The notes below the pieces were generated by a model, which worked only from the letters and a program-made list of their open reading frames with translations, made no database searches and was not told where the DNA came from. A program made the translations under genes and the position numbers. Positions 17,888 through 27,386 of a stretch of 64,000 bases of DNA are shown here, one piece after another. This DNA is from Bacteroidales bacterium (GTDB taxonomy: Bacteria > Bacteroidota > Bacteroidia > Bacteroidales > BM520): NCBI GenBank assembly GCA_028707815.1, contig JAQWAE010000010.1:1173-65172 (forward strand), written 5' to 3'. Numbering within the stretch: the stretch's first letter is position 1; every line of letters starts with the position of its first letter.

Positions 17888-20023
17888 TTATTCTTCTTCG
17901 CCTTGTTGTTCGGCGTATTCTTTTAGCAGGCGGTCTTGAACATCTGTCGGCACTTGACGATATTCGTTAAATTTCAGTGAATATGTAGCGCGTCCTGATG
18001 TCAAGGAGCTTAAAGTTGTTGCGTATCTGTTCATTTCAGCCAATGGAACTTGTGCGCGGATTTTCTGGAAACGACCTTCAGGGTCCATACCCATAACAAT
18101 ACCTCTACGATTTTGCAAGTCGGTCATAACGCCGCCCATCATATCTTCAGGTACTAACACTTCAACATCATAAACAGGTTCCATAATTTTTGGTCCTGCG
18201 TTTTTGAAAGCTTCTCTGAAGGCATTACGACCTGCGAGTTTAAATGCCATTTCGTTTGAATCAACAGGGTGCATTTTACCGTCATAGACATAAACCACGA
18301 TGTCACGAGCATAGGAGCCGGTTAGCGGACCTTGTTCCATACGTTCCATGATACCTTTTAATATTGCCGGCATAAAGCGGGCATCGATAGAGCCACCAAC
18401 AATACAATTGTGGAACATCAATCTGCCGCCCCAATCTAATTTATATTCGTCGGTTCCTCTTACAGGGAACTCTGTTGGGAATGTATATCCTTCAACATAA
18501 GGTTGTACCATCAAATGTACTTCACCAAACTGGCCGGCACCGCCGGATTGTTTTTTGTGACGATAGTTAGCTTTTGCAGTCTTAGTGATAGTTTCTCTGT
18601 ACGGTATTTTGCATGGGAAAAGTTCGATATCTATTTTGTTGATGTTGTTGAGATACCATTTCATTGTGTTGATGTGTAATTCGCCTAAACCGCTTACCAC
18701 CATCTGACGTAGCTCACGGCTGAAGCCGGCTTTTAATGTCGGGTCTGTTTTTTGTAAATCGTTTAAGGCTACGCCTAATTTTTCATCATCGCTACTATTT
18801 GCTGCTTTTATTGATGTAAAATATATTGGTTCCGGTATTTCAAACGGGGCGACTGTTCCTATATTTGACTTTGGACTTGCGAGTGTCTGATTTGTTCTAG
18901 AATCTCTAAGTTTTATAGTTGCTGCTATATCTCCTGCAACAACTTTTGCAACTTTTTGTCTATTTTTTCCGGCGACAACGTTAATTTGAGAAATTTTTTC
19001 CTTACCTTCGTTATTGGTGTTTACCAGTTCCATACCCTCTGATATTTCGCCACCGTATACTCTGAAATACGAAACTTCTCCCAGATGTGATTCTATGGAA
19101 GTTTTAAAAATATATGCGCAAGTAGGGTCTGTAGCTTTTGACGACAATGTTACATCCGCTGATGTAACGACAGGATTACCTTCATCAGGAGAAATTATGT
19201 TGTTGATTGCAAAATCAAGTAAGTAATCGACTCCCATATTTTGTTTTGCAGAGACGCATATCAACGGGAACAAATCACGATTTTTAATACTTAATTTAAG
19301 ACCTTTGGCAATATCTTCCGGAGAGAGCGTACCTTCTTCAAAGAATTTTTCCATAAGGGCTTCATCGCCTTCTGCGGCAGCTTCAACGAGGAAAGCTTTT
19401 AATTCTTCTGCTTTGGCAGCATTATCGCCTGTTAATTCTTCTACTGTAGCTAAGCCGCCGTCTTTGCCATATTTTAATAATTTATTGGAAAGGACATCTG
19501 CTATAGCATTGAAGCCAACACCTGCATTTACAGGAAATTGGAATGGTACTACTTTATTTCCAAAATCTTCTTTAAGTTCACGAAGCACTTCTTCATAATT
19601 AGCTTTTTCATGGTCTAACTGATTAACCACCAAAACTACCGGTGCACCGGTTTTAGAAAGCATCCTCCATTGCATTTCTGTACCGACTTCTATACCTTCT
19701 TGGGCATTGATAAGCATAAAGGCTGCGTCTGTAACTTTAGTAGACGCATATATTTCGCCCATATAATCAACAAAACCCGGGTTGTCGATAAAATTAATCT
19801 TATGATCTTTATACTCTGCATATAAAACAGTAGAACTTACAGAATTTAATTTTGCTAATTCTATTTCATGGTAATCGGAAACAGTATTTTTATCTTCAAT
19901 TGTTCCCCTGCGAGTAATAACACCACCTAATAATAACATGCTTTCTGACAAAGTGGTCTTTCCTGACTTAGCACCACCAACGATGTTGATGTTGCGTATC
20001 TTAGTAGTTTCGTAAACTTTCAT
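17888..20023 (-). CDS. Elongation factor G paralog with degenerate GTPase motifs
   Basis: It has the full EF-G five-domain length (711 aa) and EF-G-like domains II-V. G1 is GGAKSGKTT, G3 is DNPGF (canonical DTPGH) and G4 is NQLD (canonical NKxD). Confidence 0.85.
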   Translation of the reverse strand: MKVYETTKIRNINIVGGAKSGKTTLSESMLLLGGVITRRGTIEDKNTVSDYHEIELAKLNSVSSTVLYAEYKDHKINFIDNPGFVDYMGEIYASTKVTDAAFMLINAQEGIEVGTEMQWRMLSKTGAPVVLVVNQLDHEKANYEEVLRELKEDFGNKVVPFQFPVNAGVGFNAIADVLSNKLLKYGKDGGLATVEELTGDNAAKAEELKAFLVEAAAEGDEALMEKFFEEGTLSPEDIAKGLKLSIKNRDLFPLICVSAKQNMGVDYLLDFAINNIISPDEGNPVVTSADVTLSSKATDPTCAYIFKTSIESHLGEVSYFRVYGGEISEGMELVNTNNEGKEKISQINVVAGKNRQKVAKVVAGDIAATIKLRDSRTNQTLASPKSNIGTVAPFEIPEPIYFTSIKAANSSDDEKLGVALNDLQKTDPTLKAGFSRELRQMVVSGLGELHINTMKWYLNNINKIDIELFPCKIPYRETITKTAKANYRHKKQSGGAGQFGEVHLMVQPYVEGYTFPTEFPVRGTDEYKLDWGGRLMFHNCIVGGSIDARFMPAILKGIMERMEQGPLTGSYARDIVVYVYDGKMHPVDSNEMAFKLAGRNAFREAFKNAGPKIMEPVYDVEVLVPEDMMGGVMTDLQNRRGIVMGMDPEGRFQKIRAQVPLAEMNRYATTLSSLTSGRATYSLKFNEYRQVPTDVQDRLLKEYAEQQGEEE

Positions 20024-20063
20024 TCTTTTTTTTATTTAATTAAATGCTATTTTTTTTGGGTTG

Positions 20064-20071
20064 CAAATGTA
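20064..20071 (-). promoter_or_regulatory. Candidate -7 box (TAcaTTTG) for the EF-G paralog
   Basis: The plus strand reads CAAATGTA, 41 nt upstream of the ATG at 20023. Confidence 0.4.
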
Positions 20072-20118
20072 AATAAAAAAAGTGATAAAGTTAATATTTT
20101 GGTATAATAATTTTGATT

Positions 20119-20325
20119 TTAGAGTTTTTTTGTGTCTTGATTTCCATCTTCATCAACTTCTTCTTCACCTTCTTTCATTCCTTCTTTGAAATTTTTGACA
20201 CCCTTGCCTAATCCTTTCATTAATTCCGGGATTTTTTTACCGCCGAAAAGTATTAATATTATTAAAACAATGAGGGCTATTTCCCATCCGCCAAGAAATC
20301 CTAATATTGTTGCTGTTGTTGACAT
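20119..20325 (-). CDS. tatA: Twin-arginine translocase subunit TatA/E
   Basis: It is 68 aa, with a single TM helix followed by the hinge and amphipathic helix [24 protein letters not shown]. Confidence 0.9.
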   Translation of the reverse strand: MSTTATILGFLGGWEIALIVLIILILFGGKKIPELMKGLGKGVKNFKEGMKEGEEEVDEDGNQDTKKL

Positions 20326-20341
20326 AATTTATTTATTTTTG

Positions 20342-20349
20342 CAAAGATA
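20342..20349 (-). promoter_or_regulatory. -7 promoter box (TAtcTTTG) for tatA
   Basis: The plus strand reads CAAAGATA, 17 nt upstream of the ATG at 20325. Confidence 0.5.
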
Positions 20350-20440
20350 TAATTTTTTAATAAGATGCAAAATAATTTTAGCGTTATCAACTTCTTATTT
20401 TAATATGATAATATATTTATAACCGCTAATTTATATAGAT

Positions 20441-21151
20441 ATGGAGCAACAAGATAAAAAGACATTGATAAAAGCAATGATATTTCCGATATTGTTTGTT
20501 TTGATTTTACTCGTAGTTGAAATTATTATAACTGTCGCCAACTTAGATCCTTCGGATTTTGGTATTAAGCCATTAAGTGCCAATGGATTACTCGGCATAT
20601 TGTCTGCTCCGTTGATACATTCCGGTTTTAAACATCTTATTTCAAATTGTGTACCTTTGCTGATACTCGGAACAGGATTATTTTATTTTTATAAAGACAT
20701 TGCATATAAAGTATTTTTTGCTTCGTATTTTTTAGTTGGTATATTGATATGGCTTATGGCAAGAGGACCGGCTGCTCATATTGGTGCGAGCGGCATCGTC
20801 TATTCTTTAATCGCCTTTCATCTCGTAAGCGCATTGCTCAGGAGGCGTAAAGATTTAGCTGCATACTCTTTAATTGTGATTTTTTTGTACGGAAGTTTTA
20901 TATGGGGTTTCTTTCCCGAATTTTTTCCCGATACTAATATAAGTTGGCAGGGACACCTATCCGGAGTTATGGTTGGCATGATACTCGGTTTCTATTTTAA
21001 AGATAAGGGACCGCAGCACGAAACATATATTTGGGAAGAAGATGAAGATGAGGACAATGAAAACGACATTTCTATATCCGATGCCAAACCTGATACGAAA
21101 TCCGATACAAAACCGGTTGATGATGCCGACCGGCGAGACAGTATATTGTAA
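20441..21151 (+). CDS. Rhomboid family intramembrane serine protease
   Basis: It is a polytopic membrane protein with the catalytic GASGIVYSL (GxSG) and a downstream HLSGVMVG histidine helix. The C-terminal tail is acidic and low-complexity. Confidence 0.85.
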   Translation: MEQQDKKTLIKAMIFPILFVLILLVVEIIITVANLDPSDFGIKPLSANGLLGILSAPLIHSGFKHLISNCVPLLILGTGLFYFYKDIAYKVFFASYFLVGILIWLMARGPAAHIGASGIVYSLIAFHLVSALLRRRKDLAAYSLIVIFLYGSFIWGFFPEFFPDTNISWQGHLSGVMVGMILGFYFKDKGPQHETYIWEEDEDEDNENDISISDAKPDTKSDTKPVDDADRRDSIL

Positions 21152-21228
21152 ATTTAGGGCTTGAATCTACCCACGATTAATGTTTAAAAATATCTTCCCT
21201 GTTCATGATAAATATTAATTAAAACAAG

Positions 21229-21236
21229 TACTTTTG
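21229..21236 (+). promoter_or_regulatory. -7 promoter box TActTTTG upstream of the S9 peptidase gene
   Basis: It matches the consensus TAnnTTTG and lies 28 nt upstream of the ATG at 21264. Confidence 0.45.
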
Positions 21237-21263
21237 CAATGAAAATCACTAACATTTTTTATC

Positions 21264-23777
21264 ATGAAAAAAATTTTATTATCTCTTATCATCAGTTTGT
21301 TAATACTTTCGGAATTTTCACAATCAATTATTATTGAGCAATATAAAATTGCGGGACCCTACTCTATTTATGAGCCGTTTATAATAGACAGCATTAATCC
21401 GAAGGGCGAAAAATTCAGTGATAAAAAGTTGTTACAAACGCCTATATCGTTTAATAAAGCCATGCAAAACGGCAAGATTGCAGAAGCTGACAGTTCCGGT
21501 AAAATAGTTTTAGATAAAATTTCCGGTGAAAACATCTTTTATTTACTGTCATTTCATATAAATCCAAAGCGATTTACAAAAGGGACATTAAACGTAAGCG
21601 GTTCCGGAATTTTTGAAGTATATATCAACGGCGAATCAAAGAAAGACAAGACAAAAAACGACACATTGCAAAACGTTAAGGTAGATCTATCGTTACAACC
21701 AAATGATTATGAGATAATTATAAAATATGTAATTACCGATGATGCGAAAGATGAGATGTCATTTTCTGCATTTCTTGACATTGATGAAGCAGAAAAAGTA
21801 TCCATAAGTTCAGATTTTCAAAGGTATTACACTATTTACAATCTTCAAGACAGCAAAAATCTGCGCGGGGTTTCCATTTCTTCCGGCGGCAGATACGCAT
21901 TAGTTCAATTTTCGGAGCGTGTTGCCGAAAAGAACGAATATTACACGCGACTGATTGATTTAAAAGAAGACAAGATTTTGTATAAAGATAATGATGTTTT
22001 AAACAGTGCAAGTTGGCTACCGAATAGAGAGAAGCTGTATTTCACACGCGAAGGGATGGAAGGTCGCGAGTTGGTATTTCTTGACCCTGTTAATTTTGAA
22101 GAATCTATTATAGAGACACAACTTCCTGAAGGTTCTTTTGATATTACGCCTGACGAGAAGAAGTTAATTTTCAGCATTAAGGAGGAAAGTCCTAAAAGCG
22201 AAAAAGATTTGAAAAGAATTTTAGACCCGAGCGACCGGCAGGAAAATTGGCGGAGTCGTTATAACATATCAATATATGACCTTGAGAGCGGCATTTTAGA
22301 ATCTATTACTTTCGGACATACTTCAGCGTGGGTCAACGACATCAGCAAAGACAGCAAATACATTTTATTTTCTACGAGTAACGTAGATTACACCAAGCGT
22401 CCGTTTTCGACAACCAATTTGTACAGATATGACATATCGAGCCGTACAATCGACACCATATTATATGATGCGACATACGTTGATGGAGGAACATTTTCGC
22501 CGGATGGGAAGCAGTTGCTTTTAATAGGTGGACCTGAGGCTTTTGATAAAACGGGGTTGAATATTGGTGACGAAGTTATAGGCAACTCCTATGATAATCA
22601 ACTATTTATATTTGATTTAGAGAAAAAGACGGTGCGTGCGATAACAAAAGATTTTAATCCGTCAATAACATCAGCAGTATGGAGCAGTTATAACAACAAG
22701 ATATATGTATTAGCAGAAGACTGTGATTATCAGCGGATTTACTCTATGGACACTAGGACCAACCGATTTGAGTTATTTAATATTCCGGAAGACTTAATAA
22801 AGTCGTTTTCGATATCGACAGGCAGTTCTGTTTTACTATGTTATGGTCAGAGTGTTTCTAATGCAGACAGGTTGTACAGTTATAATTTAAAGAGCAAAGA
22901 GGTCAAGTGTTTATACGATTTATCTACGGAGAAGACGAGGGGTTTAATTTTAGGAGAGACGGGAGATTGGAATTTTACTTCGAGTGATGGTACGACAATC
23001 ACGGGGCGTTTTTATTTACCGCCTGATTTCGACAGCACGAAAAAATATCCTATGCTTGTATATTATTATGGAGGCACGTCACCGACGACGCGGGCGATGG
23101 AGTTTACATATTCGATGCATTTATTTGCGAGTCAGGGATATGTAGTATACACGCTAAATCCGAGTGGGACGACAGGTTTCGGGCAGGAGTTCAGTGCGCG
23201 TCACGTCAATGCGTGGGGCAAGCGTACTGCAGATGAGATTATCTTGGGTACAAAACTGTTTTATCGGGAACACAGCTACATCGACAGCACGAAAGTAGGA
23301 TGTTTTGGTGCGAGCTACGGCGGCTTTATGACGCAATATCTTCAAACACAGACAGATATATTTGCGGCAGCAGTCAGTCATGCCGGCATAAGTTCTATAA
23401 CAAGTTATTGGGGCGAAGGTTATTGGGGTATCGGCTATTGCTCTGTTGCGAATGCAGACAGTTATCCATGGAATAATCCGGAATTATTTGTAGAACAAAG
23501 TCCGTTGTTCAATGCCGACAAGATTAAAACGCCGCTATTGTTATTACACGGCAACAAAGACACCAATGTTCCGATAGGCGAAAGCATACAGATGTACAAC
23601 GCATTAAAAATCCTCGGTCGTCCGGTAGAGTTTATAATAGTAGACGGAGAAAATCACGGTATAAGTGAATACAACAAACGTATAAAGTGGCATCAAACTA
23701 TGTCGGCGTGGTTTTCAAAATGGCTGATGGGCGATAATTCGTGGTGGGAAGCAATGTATTCCGACTTAAATTTGTAG
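21264..23777 (+). CDS. S9 family serine peptidase (prolyl oligopeptidase / acylaminoacyl peptidase-like) with an N-terminal beta-propeller region
   Basis: It has a signal peptide. The C-terminal alpha/beta hydrolase carries the nucleophile motif GASYGGFM and the LLLLHGNKDTNVP and ENHG triad context. Confidence 0.88.
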   Translation: MKKILLSLIISLLILSEFSQSIIIEQYKIAGPYSIYEPFIIDSINPKGEKFSDKKLLQTPISFNKAMQNGKIAEADSSGKIVLDKISGENIFYLLSFHINPKRFTKGTLNVSGSGIFEVYINGESKKDKTKNDTLQNVKVDLSLQPNDYEIIIKYVITDDAKDEMSFSAFLDIDEAEKVSISSDFQRYYTIYNLQDSKNLRGVSISSGGRYALVQFSERVAEKNEYYTRLIDLKEDKILYKDNDVLNSASWLPNREKLYFTREGMEGRELVFLDPVNFEESIIETQLPEGSFDITPDEKKLIFSIKEESPKSEKDLKRILDPSDRQENWRSRYNISIYDLESGILESITFGHTSAWVNDISKDSKYILFSTSNVDYTKRPFSTTNLYRYDISSRTIDTILYDATYVDGGTFSPDGKQLLLIGGPEAFDKTGLNIGDEVIGNSYDNQLFIFDLEKKTVRAITKDFNPSITSAVWSSYNNKIYVLAEDCDYQRIYSMDTRTNRFELFNIPEDLIKSFSISTGSSVLLCYGQSVSNADRLYSYNLKSKEVKCLYDLSTEKTRGLILGETGDWNFTSSDGTTITGRFYLPPDFDSTKKYPMLVYYYGGTSPTTRAMEFTYSMHLFASQGYVVYTLNPSGTTGFGQEFSARHVNAWGKRTADEIILGTKLFYREHSYIDSTKVGCFGASYGGFMTQYLQTQTDIFAAAVSHAGISSITSYWGEGYWGIGYCSVANADSYPWNNPELFVEQSPLFNADKIKTPLLLLHGNKDTNVPIGESIQMYNALKILGRPVEFIIVDGENHGISEYNKRIKWHQTMSAWFSKWLMGDNSWWEAMYSDLNL

Positions 23778-23797
23778 AACAATAAATATTTATAGTT

Positions 23798-26458
23798 ATG
23801 GTAACATCATATCGCATACGGGCAAATTATCCCGATTATTTTATAGTAAAACTATATGTTGACATGGGACGTTCTGTTTTTGAGAAAGAGAAAGAATACG
23901 AAGGCAACAAACCAGGAACAGTCATATACACTTATAGATTAGAAGATGGCACAACGGTAACGGCAGAAATAGCTCCGCGTTGGTATGATATTTTTTATCT
24001 TTTAAATAACGATTATGATAAATCGAAGCATTATATTGATTTATTGATACAAGAGCAAGAATATGACAGTTCAACGGCGGCGGAATTAGAAGGATTACGC
24101 ATAGAGATGTATGACAGATGTACTAATTACATAAAAGAACATCCGTTATATGATGACGATTTAGTTGTAACGACTTTAACTGAGCAGGATTTCACCAAAG
24201 AATTTATCAGTCACAAGGGCAATGTTTTATTGGCGTTGACGAAGTTATGTTATCCTGTGCCCGATTTTTGTATTCTTTCGGCTAAAGCATATCAGCAGGA
24301 GGATCAATCAGAATTATTAAAAAAGGCGATATATAATCTTGAGGTTATGACTGAGTCGTTTTTAGGTTCTGCCACCAAGCCGTTAATTTTTGCTTTGAGG
24401 AGTGCGATGCCGCAATACATACCCGGATTGATGCCCACTTTATTAAATGTCGGTGTTACAAGCAATGTTCACAATGGTTTGATAAAGATATATGATGAAA
24501 ACATGGCTAACAGAATATATCTCAACACATTACATGGGATATTTGATATTTTATCCATAGACATTACAGAAAAGAAGAAGGACATAGAATTAAATATTGC
24601 AGAGCAACGCCAACGAATAAAAGCTATGGAGAAAAACATCCATAAATGCAATGGTGGTTCACAAATAATAGAAGATGCTTTTGCTCAAGTATTAGCCTAC
24701 GTCAATTACATCAGAGATTTCTATAAAAACAATCAGGATTTATTATCAACATTTATGCAGGGCAAGATAGCATATCCGGCTTTGATAATGCAGAAGATGG
24801 TATGGACAATAGGTAACGACTATTCATATCCGGGAGTTTTATACAGCAGGCATAGTAGGACAGGATTAGGTTGTCAGATAGAGAGTTACAGAAATATTTT
24901 CGGTGAGGAGATAATGACCGGCGACATTCAATCAAATGATATTGAATTTTTCGACAGAGAAGAAGTCAAGGATAGTTATCCTGCGATATATCACTTTGCT
25001 CCGTTATTACCAAACTTAGAGCGCCGTTTTAAGTCACCTGTGACTATTGAATTTGGGGTAGAGACAAGGCAAAACATAACAGAGAAGCAAAATGTAGCGA
25101 GTTTATTTGCGGTTTTACAACTTAATGAATCAGAGCTTACTGGCAGAGCCGCTCTATTATCATCAATAAACATGTACGAAAAAGAGTTTATTGGCAAAGA
25201 AGATGTAGTTGCATTAGTAAGACCATATCATTTACGTCAGATTTTTTCTGACAGCATAGACAGCGAATCTATGAATCAATTAGTTTTTTTCTCTAAGGCA
25301 GTAAATGTATTACCGAGGACGGCAGTAACGGTAAGGATATATTTCAACACAGCTAATGCGACAAATGCCAAGCAGTTAGGAGTTCCCGTATGTCTTTGCA
25401 AAGAAAGATTTTTACCGGAAGACACTATAATTTTAAGTGAGATGGATGCCATTTTGAGTATGACGCCGGCGGCGATACATGTTGTCACAGCTTGTCGCGG
25501 TTATGGTATTCCTGCATTTTTAAATTTAGAATCTTTTGGAGTTAGTTTATCAGACAATAAATTAATCAACAAAGATGGTTTAGAGATAAAAGAAGGTGAT
25601 TGGATTACGTTATCAAGCAGGCAACAAACGATATTCATAGGGAAGGCGAATTACAAGCCGGCAAGATTTATGGATTATTTAAACGGCAAGCAATTTTTGA
25701 TGGATGAAAAAGAAGAAAAAGTTTTTATTTTTCTGAAAGAAGCTTATCAGAAGTATAATCAGATAGTTACATCAACAAAGGTAAATTACATCACAGACGT
25801 TAACACTCTGACACGATTAATAAAATACGACTTACAAGATCATCCGGAGACAGCTGCAGAGATAGCGAACAATTGGTTTGCGGGCAACAGCGCGAAATAT
25901 TTAAGGCAGGTTCTTGAAAGCAAAATGGGTTCTCATCAAGACCAGTCAAGAGTGTTCAATTTATTGGACAACGGCAAGAAGATTGAGTTTTTTAAGAATG
26001 CCGTGGCAGTAAGTACAGAAGAGCAATTATCAGGATTAACAGCCGGTGCGTTTATATTAGGGCGTTTTATTGCGCAGCCTCTGCCAAGTACTTTCTGGGA
26101 GGCTTTTGATGATAAAGAGATAGCTTTTATGCTCAACGAGTATGTTTTATATGAAAAATACATCCAAGTTCTCAATGAGGTTGGAGAGACTAAACTGACA
26201 AAAGTCCATTCAAAGATAGTATCAGAAGGTCTTACAAATTGGGAGCTTAACAATTTCAGCATAGAAGATTTTTTATCATTAAAAAAGACAAATCCCAATT
26301 GGAATAAAATAGCGGAAGATGCGAAGCATCTTCTTGCGCCGCAAAAGAATACAGGAATGTTAATCGAGAAACTATCTTGTCCATACAAAGATTTATTTGA
26401 CATGTCCAAGTCATGGAATGTAGAGATGTTAAAAAAGGCAGGTATATATGAGTGGTAA
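23798..26458 (+). CDS. PPDK-like protein: ATP-grasp nucleotide-binding domain plus PEP-utilizer phosphohistidine swivel domain. The PEP/pyruvate TIM barrel is replaced by an unassigned helical region of about 270 aa.
   Basis: SHKGNVLLALTKLCYPVPDF resembles GGKGxNLAEM..G.PVPPGF. FALRSAMPQYIPGLMPTLLNVG resembles SVRSGA..SMPGMMDTxLNLG. MTPAAIHVVTACRGYGIPAF resembles GGMTSHAAVVARGMGxxCV, and anchoring on RGxG aligns the His. IKEGDWITLSS resembles (L)KEGDxISxDG. I found no GIGLxRTEHMF-type barrel motif. Confidence 0.7.
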   Translation: MVTSYRIRANYPDYFIVKLYVDMGRSVFEKEKEYEGNKPGTVIYTYRLEDGTTVTAEIAPRWYDIFYLLNNDYDKSKHYIDLLIQEQEYDSSTAAELEGLRIEMYDRCTNYIKEHPLYDDDLVVTTLTEQDFTKEFISHKGNVLLALTKLCYPVPDFCILSAKAYQQEDQSELLKKAIYNLEVMTESFLGSATKPLIFALRSAMPQYIPGLMPTLLNVGVTSNVHNGLIKIYDENMANRIYLNTLHGIFDILSIDITEKKKDIELNIAEQRQRIKAMEKNIHKCNGGSQIIEDAFAQVLAYVNYIRDFYKNNQDLLSTFMQGKIAYPALIMQKMVWTIGNDYSYPGVLYSRHSRTGLGCQIESYRNIFGEEIMTGDIQSNDIEFFDREEVKDSYPAIYHFAPLLPNLERRFKSPVTIEFGVETRQNITEKQNVASLFAVLQLNESELTGRAALLSSINMYEKEFIGKEDVVALVRPYHLRQIFSDSIDSESMNQLVFFSKAVNVLPRTAVTVRIYFNTANATNAKQLGVPVCLCKERFLPEDTIILSEMDAILSMTPAAIHVVTACRGYGIPAFLNLESFGVSLSDNKLINKDGLEIKEGDWITLSSRQQTIFIGKANYKPARFMDYLNGKQFLMDEKEEKVFIFLKEAYQKYNQIVTSTKVNYITDVNTLTRLIKYDLQDHPETAAEIANNWFAGNSAKYLRQVLESKMGSHQDQSRVFNLLDNGKKIEFFKNAVAVSTEEQLSGLTAGAFILGRFIAQPLPSTFWEAFDDKEIAFMLNEYVLYEKYIQVLNEVGETKLTKVHSKIVSEGLTNWELNNFSIEDFLSLKKTNPNWNKIAEDAKHLLAPQKNTGMLIEKLSCPYKDLFDMSKSWNVEMLKKAGIYEW

Positions 26459-27383
26459 TCAGCAGAATATTAAAGCGCCTTACATTTTTGACATTAAAAG
26501 ATATTCCATAAATGACGGACCGGGCATACGCACGACAGTTTTTTTCAAAGGTTGTAAATTAGACTGTATTTGGTGTCATAATCCGGAGGGCAAAAGCACT
26601 TTGCAGGAGAAAATGTATACTGTCAACAAGTGTATCAGATGTTTAAGATGTGTCAGCATTTGTCCGGAGAAAGCTTTAGTCACTTCTGAAACAGGAATTG
26701 TATTAGACAACAATTTATGCAAGATGTGCGGCAGATGTGTAGCGGCATGTCCTACAAAAGCCATGGAGTTTGTAGGCAACAAATTTAGCATTGATTATTT
26801 AGTAGAAGAGATAAAAAAGGACATTCCATTTTATGACAAATCAGGTGGCGGAATGACTGTAAGTGGCGGAGACCCGATACTTTATGTTGATTTTTTAAAA
26901 GAGTTATTAATCAGATGCGGTGAAGAAAAGATTCATCGGGCGATAGATACGACTATATTAGCAAGTCCGCAAACAATAAAAGAGCTGTCGGAGCATTGCG
27001 AGTTATTTTTAATAGATTTAAAGATGATGGATGCCGACAAGCACAAAAAACACACAGGAGTTTCCAATGTAGCCATATTATCTAACATCAAGTTATTGGC
27101 AGACAGCGGAATAGACTTTATCATCAGGATACCTCTTATCAAAGGTGTCAATGCTGACAGCGAAAATCTGACAGAGTCGGCAAAATTCTTATCCTCATTA
27201 CCGTGGCGGTTAAAGAAAGTCAACTTGCTACCCTACCACGACATTGGCAAGGGGAAACATCAGCGGTTGCAGACTACATATAATGCGGAAAAAATAGTTA
27301 TGATGTCACCAAGTGCCGAAGAGATTGAACAGGCTATCGGCATTTTCGGCAGTTATGGAATAACGGCGGTACAAGGGGGATAG
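26448..27383 (+). CDS. Glycyl-radical-enzyme activating protein family radical SAM enzyme (PFL-AE type with a two-ferredoxin insert)
   Basis: It has DGPGIRTTVFFKGCKLDCIWCHNPE (CX3CX2C), two 4Fe-4S ferredoxin motifs (CIRCLRCVSICP and CKMCGRCVAACP), a GGGMTVSGGDP SAM-binding motif, and DTT / DLK motifs. Its ATG at 26448 overlaps the upstream stop (26456-26458). Confidence 0.88.
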   Translation: MSGNQQNIKAPYIFDIKRYSINDGPGIRTTVFFKGCKLDCIWCHNPEGKSTLQEKMYTVNKCIRCLRCVSICPEKALVTSETGIVLDNNLCKMCGRCVAACPTKAMEFVGNKFSIDYLVEEIKKDIPFYDKSGGGMTVSGGDPILYVDFLKELLIRCGEEKIHRAIDTTILASPQTIKELSEHCELFLIDLKMMDADKHKKHTGVSNVAILSNIKLLADSGIDFIIRIPLIKGVNADSENLTESAKFLSSLPWRLKKVNLLPYHDIGKGKHQRLQTTYNAEKIVMMSPSAEEIEQAIGIFGSYGITAVQGG

Positions 27384-27386
27384 GAG

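Noticed and set aside
25450-25520. TACRGYGIPAF in the PPDK-like protein as a glycyl-radical fingerprint (RVxG[YF])
   Set aside because: The spacing differs (R-G-Y versus R-V-x-G-Y). The segment aligns to the ordinary ARGMG motif of PEP-utilizer swivel domains.
25936-26409. 157-aa minus-strand ORF
   Set aside because: It lies entirely antisense inside the PPDK-like gene and has no recognisable motifs.
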